From Octopus sinensis (taxonomy: Eukaryota), in contig NW_021833017.1 of the NCBI RefSeq assembly GCF_006345805.1, positions 1-64,000 on the forward strand: a stretch of 64,000 nt of DNA, read 5' to 3'. Shown here one piece after another: positions 51,386-63,011 of this stretch. The position numbers and the translations under genes are program-made. The notes beneath the pieces are model-generated. The model was not told the DNA's origin. It saw only the letters and a program-made list of their open reading frames with translations, and did not search any database. Each line of letters begins with the position of its first letter. Position 1 is the stretch's first letter.

Positions 51386-52669
51386 CGAGGGACGTTTGAT
51401 AAGTAATGCCCCTGACCCACTTGCAGTTGCTTGATCTAGCTGAAATTTTGCAAGTGCAATCATTTATATCTCTATAGAGTAAGTGCCAAATTACAGCTCT
51501 GAACTAATTGTGGTTTCTGATTTACAGGTATTTGAACTGAGTCAAGTGTGAAATGGAGCCTGTTGAGTGTCGAGCAGTGATTCGGTTTTTGTATTTGAAA
51601 GGACGCACACCACGGGAGACTTTTGATGAAATGAAAGTAACTTATGGTGATGATGCCCCATCATATGACCTTGTAAAACGCTGGCATCGTGAATTCAAAC
51701 ATGGTCGGAACTCTGTGGAAACAGCTCCCAGATCTGGTCGCCCCCCTTCTGCCATTGATGAGGCATCTGTCCGTCAAGTTGAGGCTGCCATTTTGGAAGA
51801 TCGACGCATAATTATTCGCCAAATAGCCCATGAGGTCAAGATTAGTACCGGGTCTGTGGAAACTAGCATTCATGACCATTTGCATATGTAAAAGGTGTCT
51901 GCCAGATGGATTCCCAGGTTGCTCATGCCTTTCCAGAAGCAAGAACGCGTCGAGTGCTTGAGGATGAATTTGGAGATGTGCCAAGAAGATGAGTCAAAAT
52001 TTTTCAAAAGACTGATTACACAGGATGAAACCTGGGTCCATCACGATGATCCAGAGACCAAAGCCCAGTCAATGCAATGGAAGCACCATGACTCCAAAGA
52101 AGGCAAGGGTGCAGCCCTCCGCTGGCAAGGTCATGCTCACAGTCTTCTGGGACCAGGACGGAGTAGTGATGACAGATTTCCTGGCAAATGGTGCCACAAT
52201 TACAGGAGCCTATTATACTTCACTTTTGAGGAAATTAAGAGAAGTTATCAAAATCAAGAGGCGGGGCAAGATCAGCAAAGGCATCCTCCTCCTGCAGGAC
52301 AACGCTCCGGTCCACAACTCGCTTGTCGCCAGATCAGAAGCACAGGCATATGGCTATGAACTCCTCCCCCACTCCCCTACTTTCCTGACCTTGCACCCTC
52401 TGATTTTCCCCTCTTCCCAGTCATGAAGTTGTTTTTGAAAGGAAAGCGTTTCCCAAATGATGCAGCCTTGATTTCTGAAGTCACGTTCAGGTTGGAGGAC
52501 CAAGCTGGGGTCTTCTACAAAAACGGTCTCCAGAGCTGCATCAAACGATGGGAGAAATGCGTAACTCTGGGTGATTCCTATGTAGAAAAAGACTAATAAC
52601 TGTGCCAAGTTCCGTTGCTCTACTGCTATGGGAAGTGGGTCAGGGGCATTACTTATTGAACGCCCCTCG
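51386..52669 (+). mobile_element. Full-length (1284 bp) mariner, irritans-subfamily-like DD34D; transposase disabled
   Basis: TA TSDs (51384-5, 52670-1); 37-bp TIRs with 3 mismatches; ATG 51553, in-frame TAA 51889-91, later frameshifts; QDETW, QDNA and PDLAPSDF motifs; stop 52594-6. Confidence 0.95.
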
Positions 52670-52672
52670 TAT

Positions 52673-52918
52673 AAACAAAAGACGAAGACAGGTGTATGAA
52701 CAACAAGTAAGTGTATTAGTTTGATGCTCAGGAAAAATGAAAAAGTCTTTTATATTTCGAGCCTATGCACTTCAGCAGAAAGGAATAAGACAAAATAAAC
52801 AGAGAGAGAATGAGAAAAACTTGTAGATTTCAGCAAGCCAACAAAATTTTTCATTTTTCCCAAGCACCAAACTAATACACTTGCTTGTTATTCATACACC
52901 TGTCTTCACCTTTTGTTT
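52673..52918. repeat. Inverted repeat element: about 72-bp arms, 7 mismatches
   Basis: 52673-52744 vs 52847-52918; abuts the mariner right TSD. Confidence 0.85.
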
Positions 52919-53210
52919 TTCTATAAATTTCAACTATATACACCCACACATATATATATATATCAATGCTAAAAAATGTCTGCTTTAGAGAGGAAGTGAA
53001 GAATATCTTCAAAGTGTTGCAACGGAGAAATTTATGTTGGGATATTTAAGTAAACACCACAAACAATATTGGAGATCAACCCAAATAAACATAGACAATA
53101 CACCCGTAATTCATCCAAGCAAAATATTTAATCACTGAGTGTGCAGCAACCAATAGGTAACTGTTGGTGTGAATATAGACATCAGAAGAAAAAAATTCCA
53201 ATTTACAAAC

Positions 53211-53836
53211 CTTTTCCCGGTCTGAGGTGAAATTTGGCGCCTGTTTCTTCCCAATCTCCAAGTATTCATTTTTTGATAGGAAACCTTTCTCTGAAAGCAG
53301 GGATTTATAAGAGCCTTTTATGATTGACATAATTTCAGTCCAAATAAGGGTTGGATGGCAGCCAGGGACTGGATATTTAATTCGATTCCAAAATTCCTTC
53401 TCAAATATGTCATAGGTTACTTCATAAAAATCTTGGAAATTCCCACCAACGTCGTTCTCTTTGATGTCCATGTCAAACAGATTGCTGGAATCTTCATCCA
53501 GCCAGTTTTTGAAGTCTGTTCTCAAAGTCATGTCTTCATTTCGAGGGAAAAAATACGGTGAACCAAGTGAGGCATCTAAAAGAACCCAAAATTTCTTGGA
53601 TGTTAGAAATATTGGGAAATTGTTGTCCTGAAGATCCTGAAAACGTAACCCAGAAAATTCCATGTGGTTTTCACTCATATTCTCACCAGTACAGAGATTT
53701 TTGAAGTTCTTTTGCATTTCTGTACACAGACAATTGTTTCGTGAAATAAACAGTTGATGAAGATGGCAGTAGTTTTCGGAATCATCTTTGCTTTCATCGT
53801 CATCTGAATCATTCACATCGTCTTCATCTTGTTCTT
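53211..53836 (-). CDS. TRANK1: TRANK1-like exon (acidic tract, HQLFISRN motif Ia region, WTEIMSIIKGS)
   Basis: 626 nt, phase 1-0, tatcag/gtttgt boundaries; inside ORF 53076-53816. Confidence 0.92.
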
Positions 53837-54675
53837 CTGATAGAAGAGGAAATAAAAGCAGAATTGTTACAGTTCTTTTGCAAAAAGAAAAAAAAAATTT
53901 TTTAACAGATATGTTTGTGTGGTTAAGAAGCTCATTTTGTAACCGCTTGGTTCCAGGTTCAATCTAACTACACAGCACCTTGGGCAAGCGTCTTCTGCTT
54001 TGGCTCCGGCCAACCACTGTTTTGTGAGTGAATTGAGTGACCTAGGTAGAGGGAACTGTATGTGTGTGTCTTCAACTGTCACTTGATAACCAGTGTTGGT
54101 TTGTTGACATCCTCATTACTTAGCAAGTTGGAAAAAGAGACCAATAGAATAAGTACCAGACAGAAAAAAAAAAAAGAATCACTGGGGTCAGTTTGTTCGA
54201 TTAAGACCCTTGAAGGTGATGCCCCAGCATAACTGCAGTTTAATGATTAAAATATACTAAAAAGACCACAACCATCTTTTGGCCTCATATTCAACTCTGG
54301 CTGCCATAAAATAAAATGAGAGATAAGTCATTCAGTGGATCAGATGCCAGTTTATCACAAACTAGCTTTGCCTGAAAATTCTGTTGTACTCACTTCCTTA
54401 CATAACTAGGCAATCCCATGAGCCAATGAGGGAGCTTCTACATGGGAAGTCAACCTATTAGAACTAGCAGCCAAAACTTCTCTAGAACCAAAATGTGCCA
54501 TCTTAAAAAAAAATGGAATATTGGTTGGTTAATTTAGCCCAGGGTATACAATCTATGAAATCATATGGTGTGAAGGTCACAACTGGAATCATTTTTATCA
54601 TAAGTATTGCTCAATCCAATCAGGCAACAACAAGTAGTCTCCATCAACATTGAAAAGACTTCAATATGCATGGTG

Positions 54676-54725
<50 letters not shown>

Positions 54726-54728
<3 letters not shown>

Positions 54729-54924
54729 CATATAAAATACCATATACATTAAAACACATTAAGAGGCTTCCATCATAGGAATGCCTTGCGCTAGAAAGAA
54801 CAGTTAAAGTCCAAGCCACAAATTAGGGATAAATTCTGGACTTTAACTGTTCTTTCTAGCGTAAGGCATTCCTATGTTGGAAGCCTCTTAATGTGTTTTA
54901 ATGTACACAGTATTTTATATGAAT
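54726..54924. repeat. Hairpin inverted repeat: 88-bp arms, 23-nt loop
   Basis: 54726-54813 vs 54837-54924, near-perfect core. Confidence 0.9.
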
Positions 54925-56347
54925 AATATCTAGTCTATTATCTAAATTTTTTGCGCTAGACTACTGGTAGTAAAAATTTCTATAATTTTTATTACCCTGA
55001 TATTATTTATTTATTATGTATATATATGTGTGTGTGTGTGCATAAACTCTTCTCTATAGCAGAAGACTGAGTTCAACTCACTGTCATGCTAATTATTAGA
55101 CCATCTTGAAATCCTATCATTGATAGATTAGCATCATATCTAACAAATCAGTGAAAGAAATAGTATTCGTCTGATGTGTAGAAGCCAGAACCAAACACTG
55201 GATATTTCAGAGAGAAACTAAAGAAATTTGCATTTTTACAAAGATCCACAAAAGTTACAGACAAGAAAAGGCATATTTTTCCTTCTACGACTGGAAATTG
55301 GAATTATAAGTTGATAAAATGAAATGTTTTCTTAGAGTGAAACTGTGTGAATTTAGAGATAATGACACTGTGCATGTGCTGTGTGTGCACACATGAAAAT
55401 TTATTTGGTGCAGCCTGTCTCTCCTCCAGAATATTCACTGCAGCAAAACTTCAAAGGAATCGAGCATCATCTCAGTTGCAGCAAGAGACTGGATTGGTTC
55501 TGCTGGCTGAGCTCAACAAGAACTTAACTTATCACCACTGTGCAGCACTAACAACTGCACACCAGGTAGAGATTGCTTAAATAAGAGAATGGACATGCAA
55601 GTAGACATAACTGTGGCTGAGAAGCTCATGGTTTCAGGTTCAGTCCCACTGTGTGGCACCTTCTACTATAGCCCTGGGCCAACCAATGCCTTGCAAGAAA
55701 ATTTTGTAGACGGAAACCGTGTAGAAGCTCATCATATATAGGTATATGCATGTGTGTCTTTGTATTTGTGTTTAACCCCCACTACTGTTTGATAACCAGT
55801 GTTGGTTTAGTTAGTTAGTTAGTTAGCTAATTTGGCTCAAAAGCAAATAGCAAGGCCATGTAGGGGGAAATGGAGTTAAGTACAGGGTGGTGTTCATGTA
55901 AAGAGTTCAGGCCACTTGAGGTCCAGGGAGGCTTTGAACAAAGCGGTCGTCGGCATCTTTACCATCTCGTCTGGCAGCTTGTTCCACGGTTTGTTTACAT
56001 TCCTTTAATCTATTGGCTCAGCAAAAGAGACCAACAGAATAAGTACTACCAGACTTAAAAATAAGCAGTGGGGATGATTTGTTTCATTAAGCCCTTCAAT
56101 GTAGTGCTCCAGCATGGCCTCAGTAAGCAAAAAAGTAAAAGGTAATGCTCAATAAGAACTGATCAATTCTCACCAAGCTACAAGCACTGATGTCTACCAC
56201 ATGAGGCCCAGGGCTATAGTAGAAGACACTTACCCGAGGTGCCACACAGTGGGACTGAGCCTGAATCCATGAGCTTCTTTCTCAGCCACAAATGAATTCA
56301 AAACTGATTTTAATAAAATGAAGAATAACCAAATGAAAGAGTCTCAC

Positions 56348-56926
56348 CATCTGATTGTTCTTGCAGGTGTCCTCCTAGCACTTTGTTATCTCTGATGTGA
56401 TCCAATGAGTTAGTCACAAGTTTCTGAAACAATGGGCTCCCAGAGATGTTAGCCTGTTTCCAATAGGTGATATAATGGTCCCAGAGTCGGTAAAGACAGC
56501 AAGTGGTTTTGCCAGTACCACTTCGGCCCAACACAATGATGGCTTCTTTACTGTTGTCGACTATGATGTTAGATTCCGCTTCTTTTACTTCAAACGGGAA
56601 AGAAGCATTCAACGTACTCTCCTGAAATATATATCTTACCAATGAAGAGGTAAAACGGTAGAATTTCATAATATTCACTTCACTTTCACTGTTAATAGAA
56701 AGATATGAGTGACAGATGTCGTTGCCTTTATTGTCGTCACACTTGTCAAAGACACGTGGTGACAATACACCAGACAGACTCTGGGTAGAGAGTACAGGTT
56801 TTAAATACTGACAACAGGGTAAACTAGCCTTGTAACATCTCACAATATTGTCTATAATGGATCTGAACTTGTTTAAATTAAAAACCACTTTCCAGATACA
56901 AAGCACCTCTGAATATTGTTCCAGTT
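56348..56926 (-). CDS. TRANK1: TRANK1-like exon with helicase Walker A (GRSGTGKT, 56505-56528)
   Basis: 579 nt, phase 1-1, ag/gtgaga; IIVLGRSGTGKTTCCLYRLW matches the TRANK1/LBA1 signature. Confidence 0.93.
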
Positions 56927-59742
56927 CTAAAAAAACAAAACAAAAAAAAAACAAGAGATAATATATAGATATAAATACATATATATACGTATAAATTCAT
57001 AGAATCATGTGGCTAAGACATAAAGCTCTTCTAGCAGACTCAGCTAACTGACCACAAAGTAATCCAATACCAGAAGATTGCAAAACAACTGTAATTCACC
57101 TCACATACCTCTTGACATTTTATGGTTTACAGACACACGCATGCATACAAAAATATATAGACATACACACACACACACACACACACATGCATATACTCTA
57201 AGACTGATATATAAATAGATTGATATACAAATAGACAGACAAACTGATAGATGGATAAAACATGCCCCACTTCCTAGCACCACATTATGAGTAGCCTTAG
57301 CAGCATAACAGAGTAAGATGAGTGACAAAGAGCAGAGTCACTCTGAATTCCATTTTGCATGAAGGAAATACTGAACAGGAAAGTAGAAACTCTGAATGAA
57401 ATTCTGGTGTTGATGTAGACTCCAGAAGCCACAGTGAAGGAATGGATGTGGGGATGTTATCATGTAGGAACTTGAAATGAAAAACACTAATTAGTGGTCA
57501 TGTGACTTCTGAATAAGAGCTCTACAGACTCAGAAAGACAAAGATAGAAGGTATAGAAGTTGGAAGATCCCTTTACTGGAAACAGGTTTACAGAAATAGA
57601 AGGTGACGTGTATGGCAAGGAGGACACAGAGACATGTGGCATTGCAGGTAACTGAGAGTTGTTATGCAATAACCTGTTTGGAATTGTTGACCAAATCTGT
57701 GGATGGAGCAAGGTTCCAGCCAGATAGCAGATAACAGGATGGTAAAAAGCTCTAGAATACAGAGTGTTGTAATACCTAAGAGGAAGATTTGGGAAATAGG
57801 GATGAAAATGGAGAGAAAACAACAACATCATGAAGGTAAAAAACAAGCAAAGTGTCAGGTGTATATAGTAAAGAGAGGAGAGAAAAGTAAAGGGTTTGTT
57901 AATATTGTGCAATGAGAGAATTGAAAGTGTGAGGTGCTTTGGATTACAAAACAGTCAGGATGAGTCAGGATTATCATTGGTGAAAAATTTATACAGAAAG
58001 ATACATTTGCAACCACTGATGCTGAGAAGAAAGATGCTTGGAGATGTATGTTAAGAGCTTTTGAGCAAGAAGAATGCATGGGAGAAAGAGAGAGACTTCT
58101 GAAAAGAGCTGAAAGAGACGACCATATGCTGGACGTTGATAGCTAAACAATCAAAGAATATCTGAGGATATGAAGCACAAGTGTAAATACAAGTGGCGAA
58201 AATGGGGATTCTTCTGAAGGATTATTGAAGGAACATTACTTGACAGGGTTTGCAGCTTGGAGATAAGTGAGTCTCTCCAGGTCAAGCAACTGTTTGTATA
58301 CCCCAGGGATTAAAATGCTCCAGAAAAGAATTATAGGAGAGATTCTTTAAGCTGAGACAATGGTCAGAAGATGCAGGTGTAAAGGTAGACCAACAATGAG
58401 ATAACTGTAATCCGTAGTCTCGGTTGGTTGTGCAAAGAATCCAGCCAGAAAGTGTAATGATGGTTGCTTCAAACAAAACCATATAGAGTAAGTGCCTGAG
58501 GAGTTTACCATTAGCAAGCTTCGGAGGGAGAAGGTGGATGAATAAAAGGGAAGTGGCTGGACCCTCATGGATAATGAATGAAATGCTGAAGTAGGTAATG
58601 ACATTATTCACATAGTCAGACAGGATGTCCAAGGAACTGTCATAGCCAATGCCCGGCAGGAACATCAGTTGCCACAAAATAGAAGCAAATACTCTGAAAA
58701 GAAGCAACTGCAGAGATATATGAAGCTGATGGATAAAATTATGAAAGAAACTGCCAAGGTGATAGAAACATTCATTAAAAGAAGTACTAACTGAGATTAA
58801 GATGCAGTTTGTGTTTGTAGCAGATCAGACTCCAACCAATGCCTTCTTTCTAGTAGCAAAACAACTGCAGGAAAAAGTTCTGAACGAAAAATTATCCACA
58901 ATAACTAACAATTGTTACCTGGAGAAGACCTGTGATAATAACAAAGTCTATTCTTTCAATTTCTCAGATGCTCCCTGAGAAGCAGTTGACAGATTCCATT
59001 CAGTAGAGGTGGCAAGATGGTAGAATTGTTAGCAGACAAAATGCTTAGTGGCATTTCCTGTGACTCTTTGCATTCTGAATTCAAATTCTACCAAGATCAA
59101 CTTTCCAATATTCTGTGAAAACACACATCTGGCCATGGAGTAATATTACCCTGCATGGAAACAGGTTGCTAACAGGAAAGGCATCTGGTTGTTGTAAATC
59201 TGCTTCAATAAACCACATCTGACCCATGAAGGGATGGAAAACTGGACGTCAAATAAAGGTGATCTGAACCTCAACAACAACAACAACTACAATCAGGTTT
59301 TCAGAGAAATTTTTTGTTTTGCTTTCTTTTTTATTTTATTTTAAACCTTTCCAATGTTATTTGAATTAAATATTTCTATCATGGTGTTTTTGTGATTTTA
59401 TTCTTCTTCTACAACCTTTGTTTATCATTTTCGAAATCTGAATAAATTCTAACTCTTTTCAGATGTATGAAAATGGCATGCCAAAAAACAAAAACAAAAA
59501 TGAATTTATCTGCCAACCAAATATTTGACGGAGATGACCAGCCGACCACCTGCTATTTCATTTCCCATGTAGAATATTTTAAGTTAACTCCAAGTACTAA
59601 CACTATGGTCAGAAAAGAATTTCAATTCAACTGATGGTCACTGGCTGAACATTTTGAAATTTCAGCCACTTTTATGAGTTAATAATTAAAAATAAATCAA
59701 AAAGAAATTTTAAAAAACATGCAAACAGGTAAATCTTCCTAC

Positions 59743-60642
59743 CTGGCAGATAATTAATAGTCAATTGCCAAATGATGCGTGAATTATGTGACAGGTGAAA
59801 TGTGTACAGTTTTAGACTGTTGGGAATATCTTTCAGTTTCCTCACACATCTACTCTTGTAGCCAGAAGCTAACTTTTTGATGGCTAAAACAGTTTGTCTG
59901 CGTGTTTTATCTGTTAAGTCTCTGCTCTTTAAAGTATTCCAAACATCTTGTGTACATATGACTTTCCAATTCAAATTTTCAAATAAATTTTCTTTGAACA
60001 AATCTTCATTTTTATTGTTGTCATCATCATCATCAGCATCATCTTCGTCATCATCATCATCCTTCTCAGAGTCTGTCTGTTCACAGTCTTTAATTACATC
60101 TGCATTGAAATCCATACATATGTCAACTTTTATATCTTGCTCTGTAATTCTTTCAGAAACAGTTTCTCTTCTCTCTTTGATTATCGTGTTAGATGAATTC
60201 ATTTCTTCAAATTTATATTCAGTTAAAGATTCTATTTTAGCCTTCATTTCACTTTCCAAACTTTCTGGAACAGATTTCAAAGAATTGCTTTCCTGATTTT
60301 TTGCCTTCTTTGACTGTGTTTCAATCTCTGAAATTTCAGGCTGACAGTTAACTGAATGACTTTTCGTTATTTCTTCAAAAGCCTCTGGTTTAGAATTTGA
60401 AATTTTGGAATTTTTCTTTTGACACTTTTGCTTCTTGACTTTTTCTGTTGTTGGTAAAATATCTGGCAATAAATTCAGAGCTTTCAATTGTTCAATTAAT
60501 GTTGATGTAACAGAATTGTTCAGAAACTCTTCACATGGTTGATATTTGCCATTTTTCTCAATGAAACATGAATCTAAACAACTGTACTTCTCTTTGTCAG
60601 ACTCATAAAGTTTCAGAAGTGCATTAACAATATCAGAGTAAC
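59743..60642 (-). CDS. TRANK1: TRANK1-like exon (first identified in window): end of an ankyrin-like repeat, low-complexity/acidic linker, start of RelE-like segment
   Basis: tattttag acceptor (60643-4), gtagga donor (59741-2); 900 nt, phase 1-1, open frame (G)YSDIVNALLK...WQLTINYLP. Confidence 0.85.
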
Positions 60643-61199
60643 CTAAAATAAAACAAAGATATCATTAAATCAAAGACAAAAGTTTATTTTTTATGGTTTT
60701 TGGAATAATTAGTATTACAATTTAGTAATTCTACCTGTTGTTAACCATGTAACCCGATCAAATTTGAACTCATGATCAAGGTTTGAATTTATGACTATTT
60801 CATCAGTAATCTAGAAACTTATCTTCGTAAATATTGAATACCACATTCAAATAAACTAGGTTCAAAGACAAAGTTAAAAATTTAGTCCACAGTATTACCG
60901 GTATTCCATGGTGAAAATATTTACTAAATATAAACTATAAACAAAGACTTTCTTTCTAACCACTTCGAGAAAGACCAAATGGATGGACCCTGATGAAACT
61001 GCACTGACAATATTGCAAGGTCGCATTTGCAATAGTGAGGGAACTGCAGCAGCGGAAACACGTGTAGGTCATTGTAATATGTTGTATGTAACCATAAAAT
61101 AAATTTCATGGATGTACAAGTCTCCATACTCTTCTTCTCATTATTAATATTAATGGATACACCAGACAATTTACCATCCAGTGAAGAGTACTTGGAATT

Positions 61200-62750
61200 A
61201 CCACTGTATATACTTGAAAGTATAAGACACACTCGCAACTTAAACCATTGTTTATAATGTAAAAAGTTTATCCTTGATAACGCTGGTTGATTTGTTTACC
61301 GTATTCAGACTTAATTGCTTCGACACTTTCCCATTACTTTTTGATTTATGCTTCTCATTATTAGGACACTTTTGCAGCAATTGACACACAAAACCAAGCA
61401 GTCATTCATATGTGCTATGATTGGGAAAAAAATTCAATAAACTGTTTTAAATTGTAAGGAATTGTGTGAAAGATTGTGACAAAAATCAAAAGAAACGGAG
61501 AATCAAGTTATACTAATCATCACTTTCAGCAAATAACTGGTAAAACTCCTCAGTTGTGGTGGTCTCATCATATACAGCCTGATCCTCGTTTTCACTTGTC
61601 TGATCTTCATTAACTGATGAGGCACTGGGCCTAACATTTGCTGCACAGACAACTTCATTACATCGCTCATTGTCTTCCATACCATCCATGAAATTTGAGA
61701 TCCTGCAGTTCAAAAATGGTTTCATCACAGGTTCACTTGGTGTTTCAGCCACTGACAAACAGTCTTAAGGTCAAGGTGTTAAAAATTCCCAGCCTTTAGG
61801 CATGCCTGTTCACCTTAAAAGGCTTGTTCACTGACACGTTGAGTGGCTGAAGCACAGAACTACATACGTACACCTGGAATCACAGCTTGGTAGCTATGAC
61901 ACCCCTTTAATCTATTTCTTATGCTGTTGATCAGTTGAGTCCTGAATATATCCCATACAAGAACAACTTGTACACACGGCATTTAACCAGTTCATCAATA
62001 TGGTTTCATTCACTCACCCTTTCTCCTTTGCACTTTGGAAACTTCTCTTTCAGGAAAGTCTTTCTTTTGAAAACAACAACCAGAGTAAGTTTCGTACCGT
62101 CAGCCATACAAGCCAAAATTGCAGTGAAGTGGGCATTGTGTCACTCTCCGTAGTTTTTACCAAAATTATGTTTCTCCCTTTAACATTGACTGTCCGAGTT
62201 CCATATTGAAAAAAGAGGGATCTCATCCATATTATCAATTGCTTCCAAGGCTCCTTTGTAGGTCCATCACATATCAATGGAAGGAATCACCTTTGCTGTC
62301 TATGTAGGTGGTAATTTCTGTGCAATACGAGTCCTCTGACTCAGCGTAAGATTGTGGTGTTTCATAAACCTTGCACACCAGCCAGGAAATGCTTTACAGT
62401 CGGATATACCATGTTCTTTTGTCACTTGGAAAGTCCACAATCGAATGATGTTTCTTATGACAAGTCCAGTCACCCAGTCTCTCCAAATAGTTTCCATCTC
62501 CTCACTGGGACTCATTCTTATCCTAATTTTCTTCAATGATCTGATGTCAACGGATTTCATTTTCTCTTCTTTCAAACACCAATCCCTGACCATTTTTTGT
62601 GAGACCCCAAATTCTCTTTCTTGATTTCAATATGACTTTGTGTATTCAACAACTTTCAGCTTGAAGGTGATATCATATGAATTCTGCTTTCTCTTCATGT
62701 TAACAAATAACAGAGCATCAAATTAAAGGAAGACAGGTATGGAACAAAAA
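61200..62750 (-). mobile_element. Decayed pogo (POGK-like) DNA transposon; transposase pseudogene about 62698-61513
   Basis: ATG 62698 MKRKQNSYDITFKLKVVEY; CENP-B HTH (GWCARFMKHHNL..RTRIAQKLP); DDE_1 remnants; acidic end ISNFMDGMED...FYQLFAESDD; possible TIR near 61203-61230. Confidence 0.85.
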
Positions 62751-62825
62751 CAAATTTCCTTTGGCATACACACACATCAAATCCAGGAATCTAATCTACT
62801 GTGCCCTATGCCCCAAATTCTACAT

Positions 62826-63011
62826 TGTAGCAAACATTTTGAAAAATGTGGAAAAAGAGAATTCAAAATATTCCCCTTCTTCAAAGGGGAATATGAGAGG
62901 GTAGGTGTACACAAACAATAGATCTATGACCCTTCCATTAGAAACACAACCTGTAGCAAACATTTTGAAAAATGTGGAAAAAGAGAATTCAAAATATTCC
63001 CCTTCTTCAAA
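62826..63011. repeat. 60-bp identical direct repeat with 66-bp spacer
   Basis: 62826-62885 = 62952-63011. Confidence 0.9.

Noticed and set aside
57350-58800. Purine-rich segment possibly from a decayed LINE
   Set aside because: No diagnostic RT or endonuclease motif could be read with confidence; left unannotated
59877-60296. 139-aa Ser-rich + strand ORF
   Set aside because: Antisense shadow of the TRANK1-like exon and its GAT repeat
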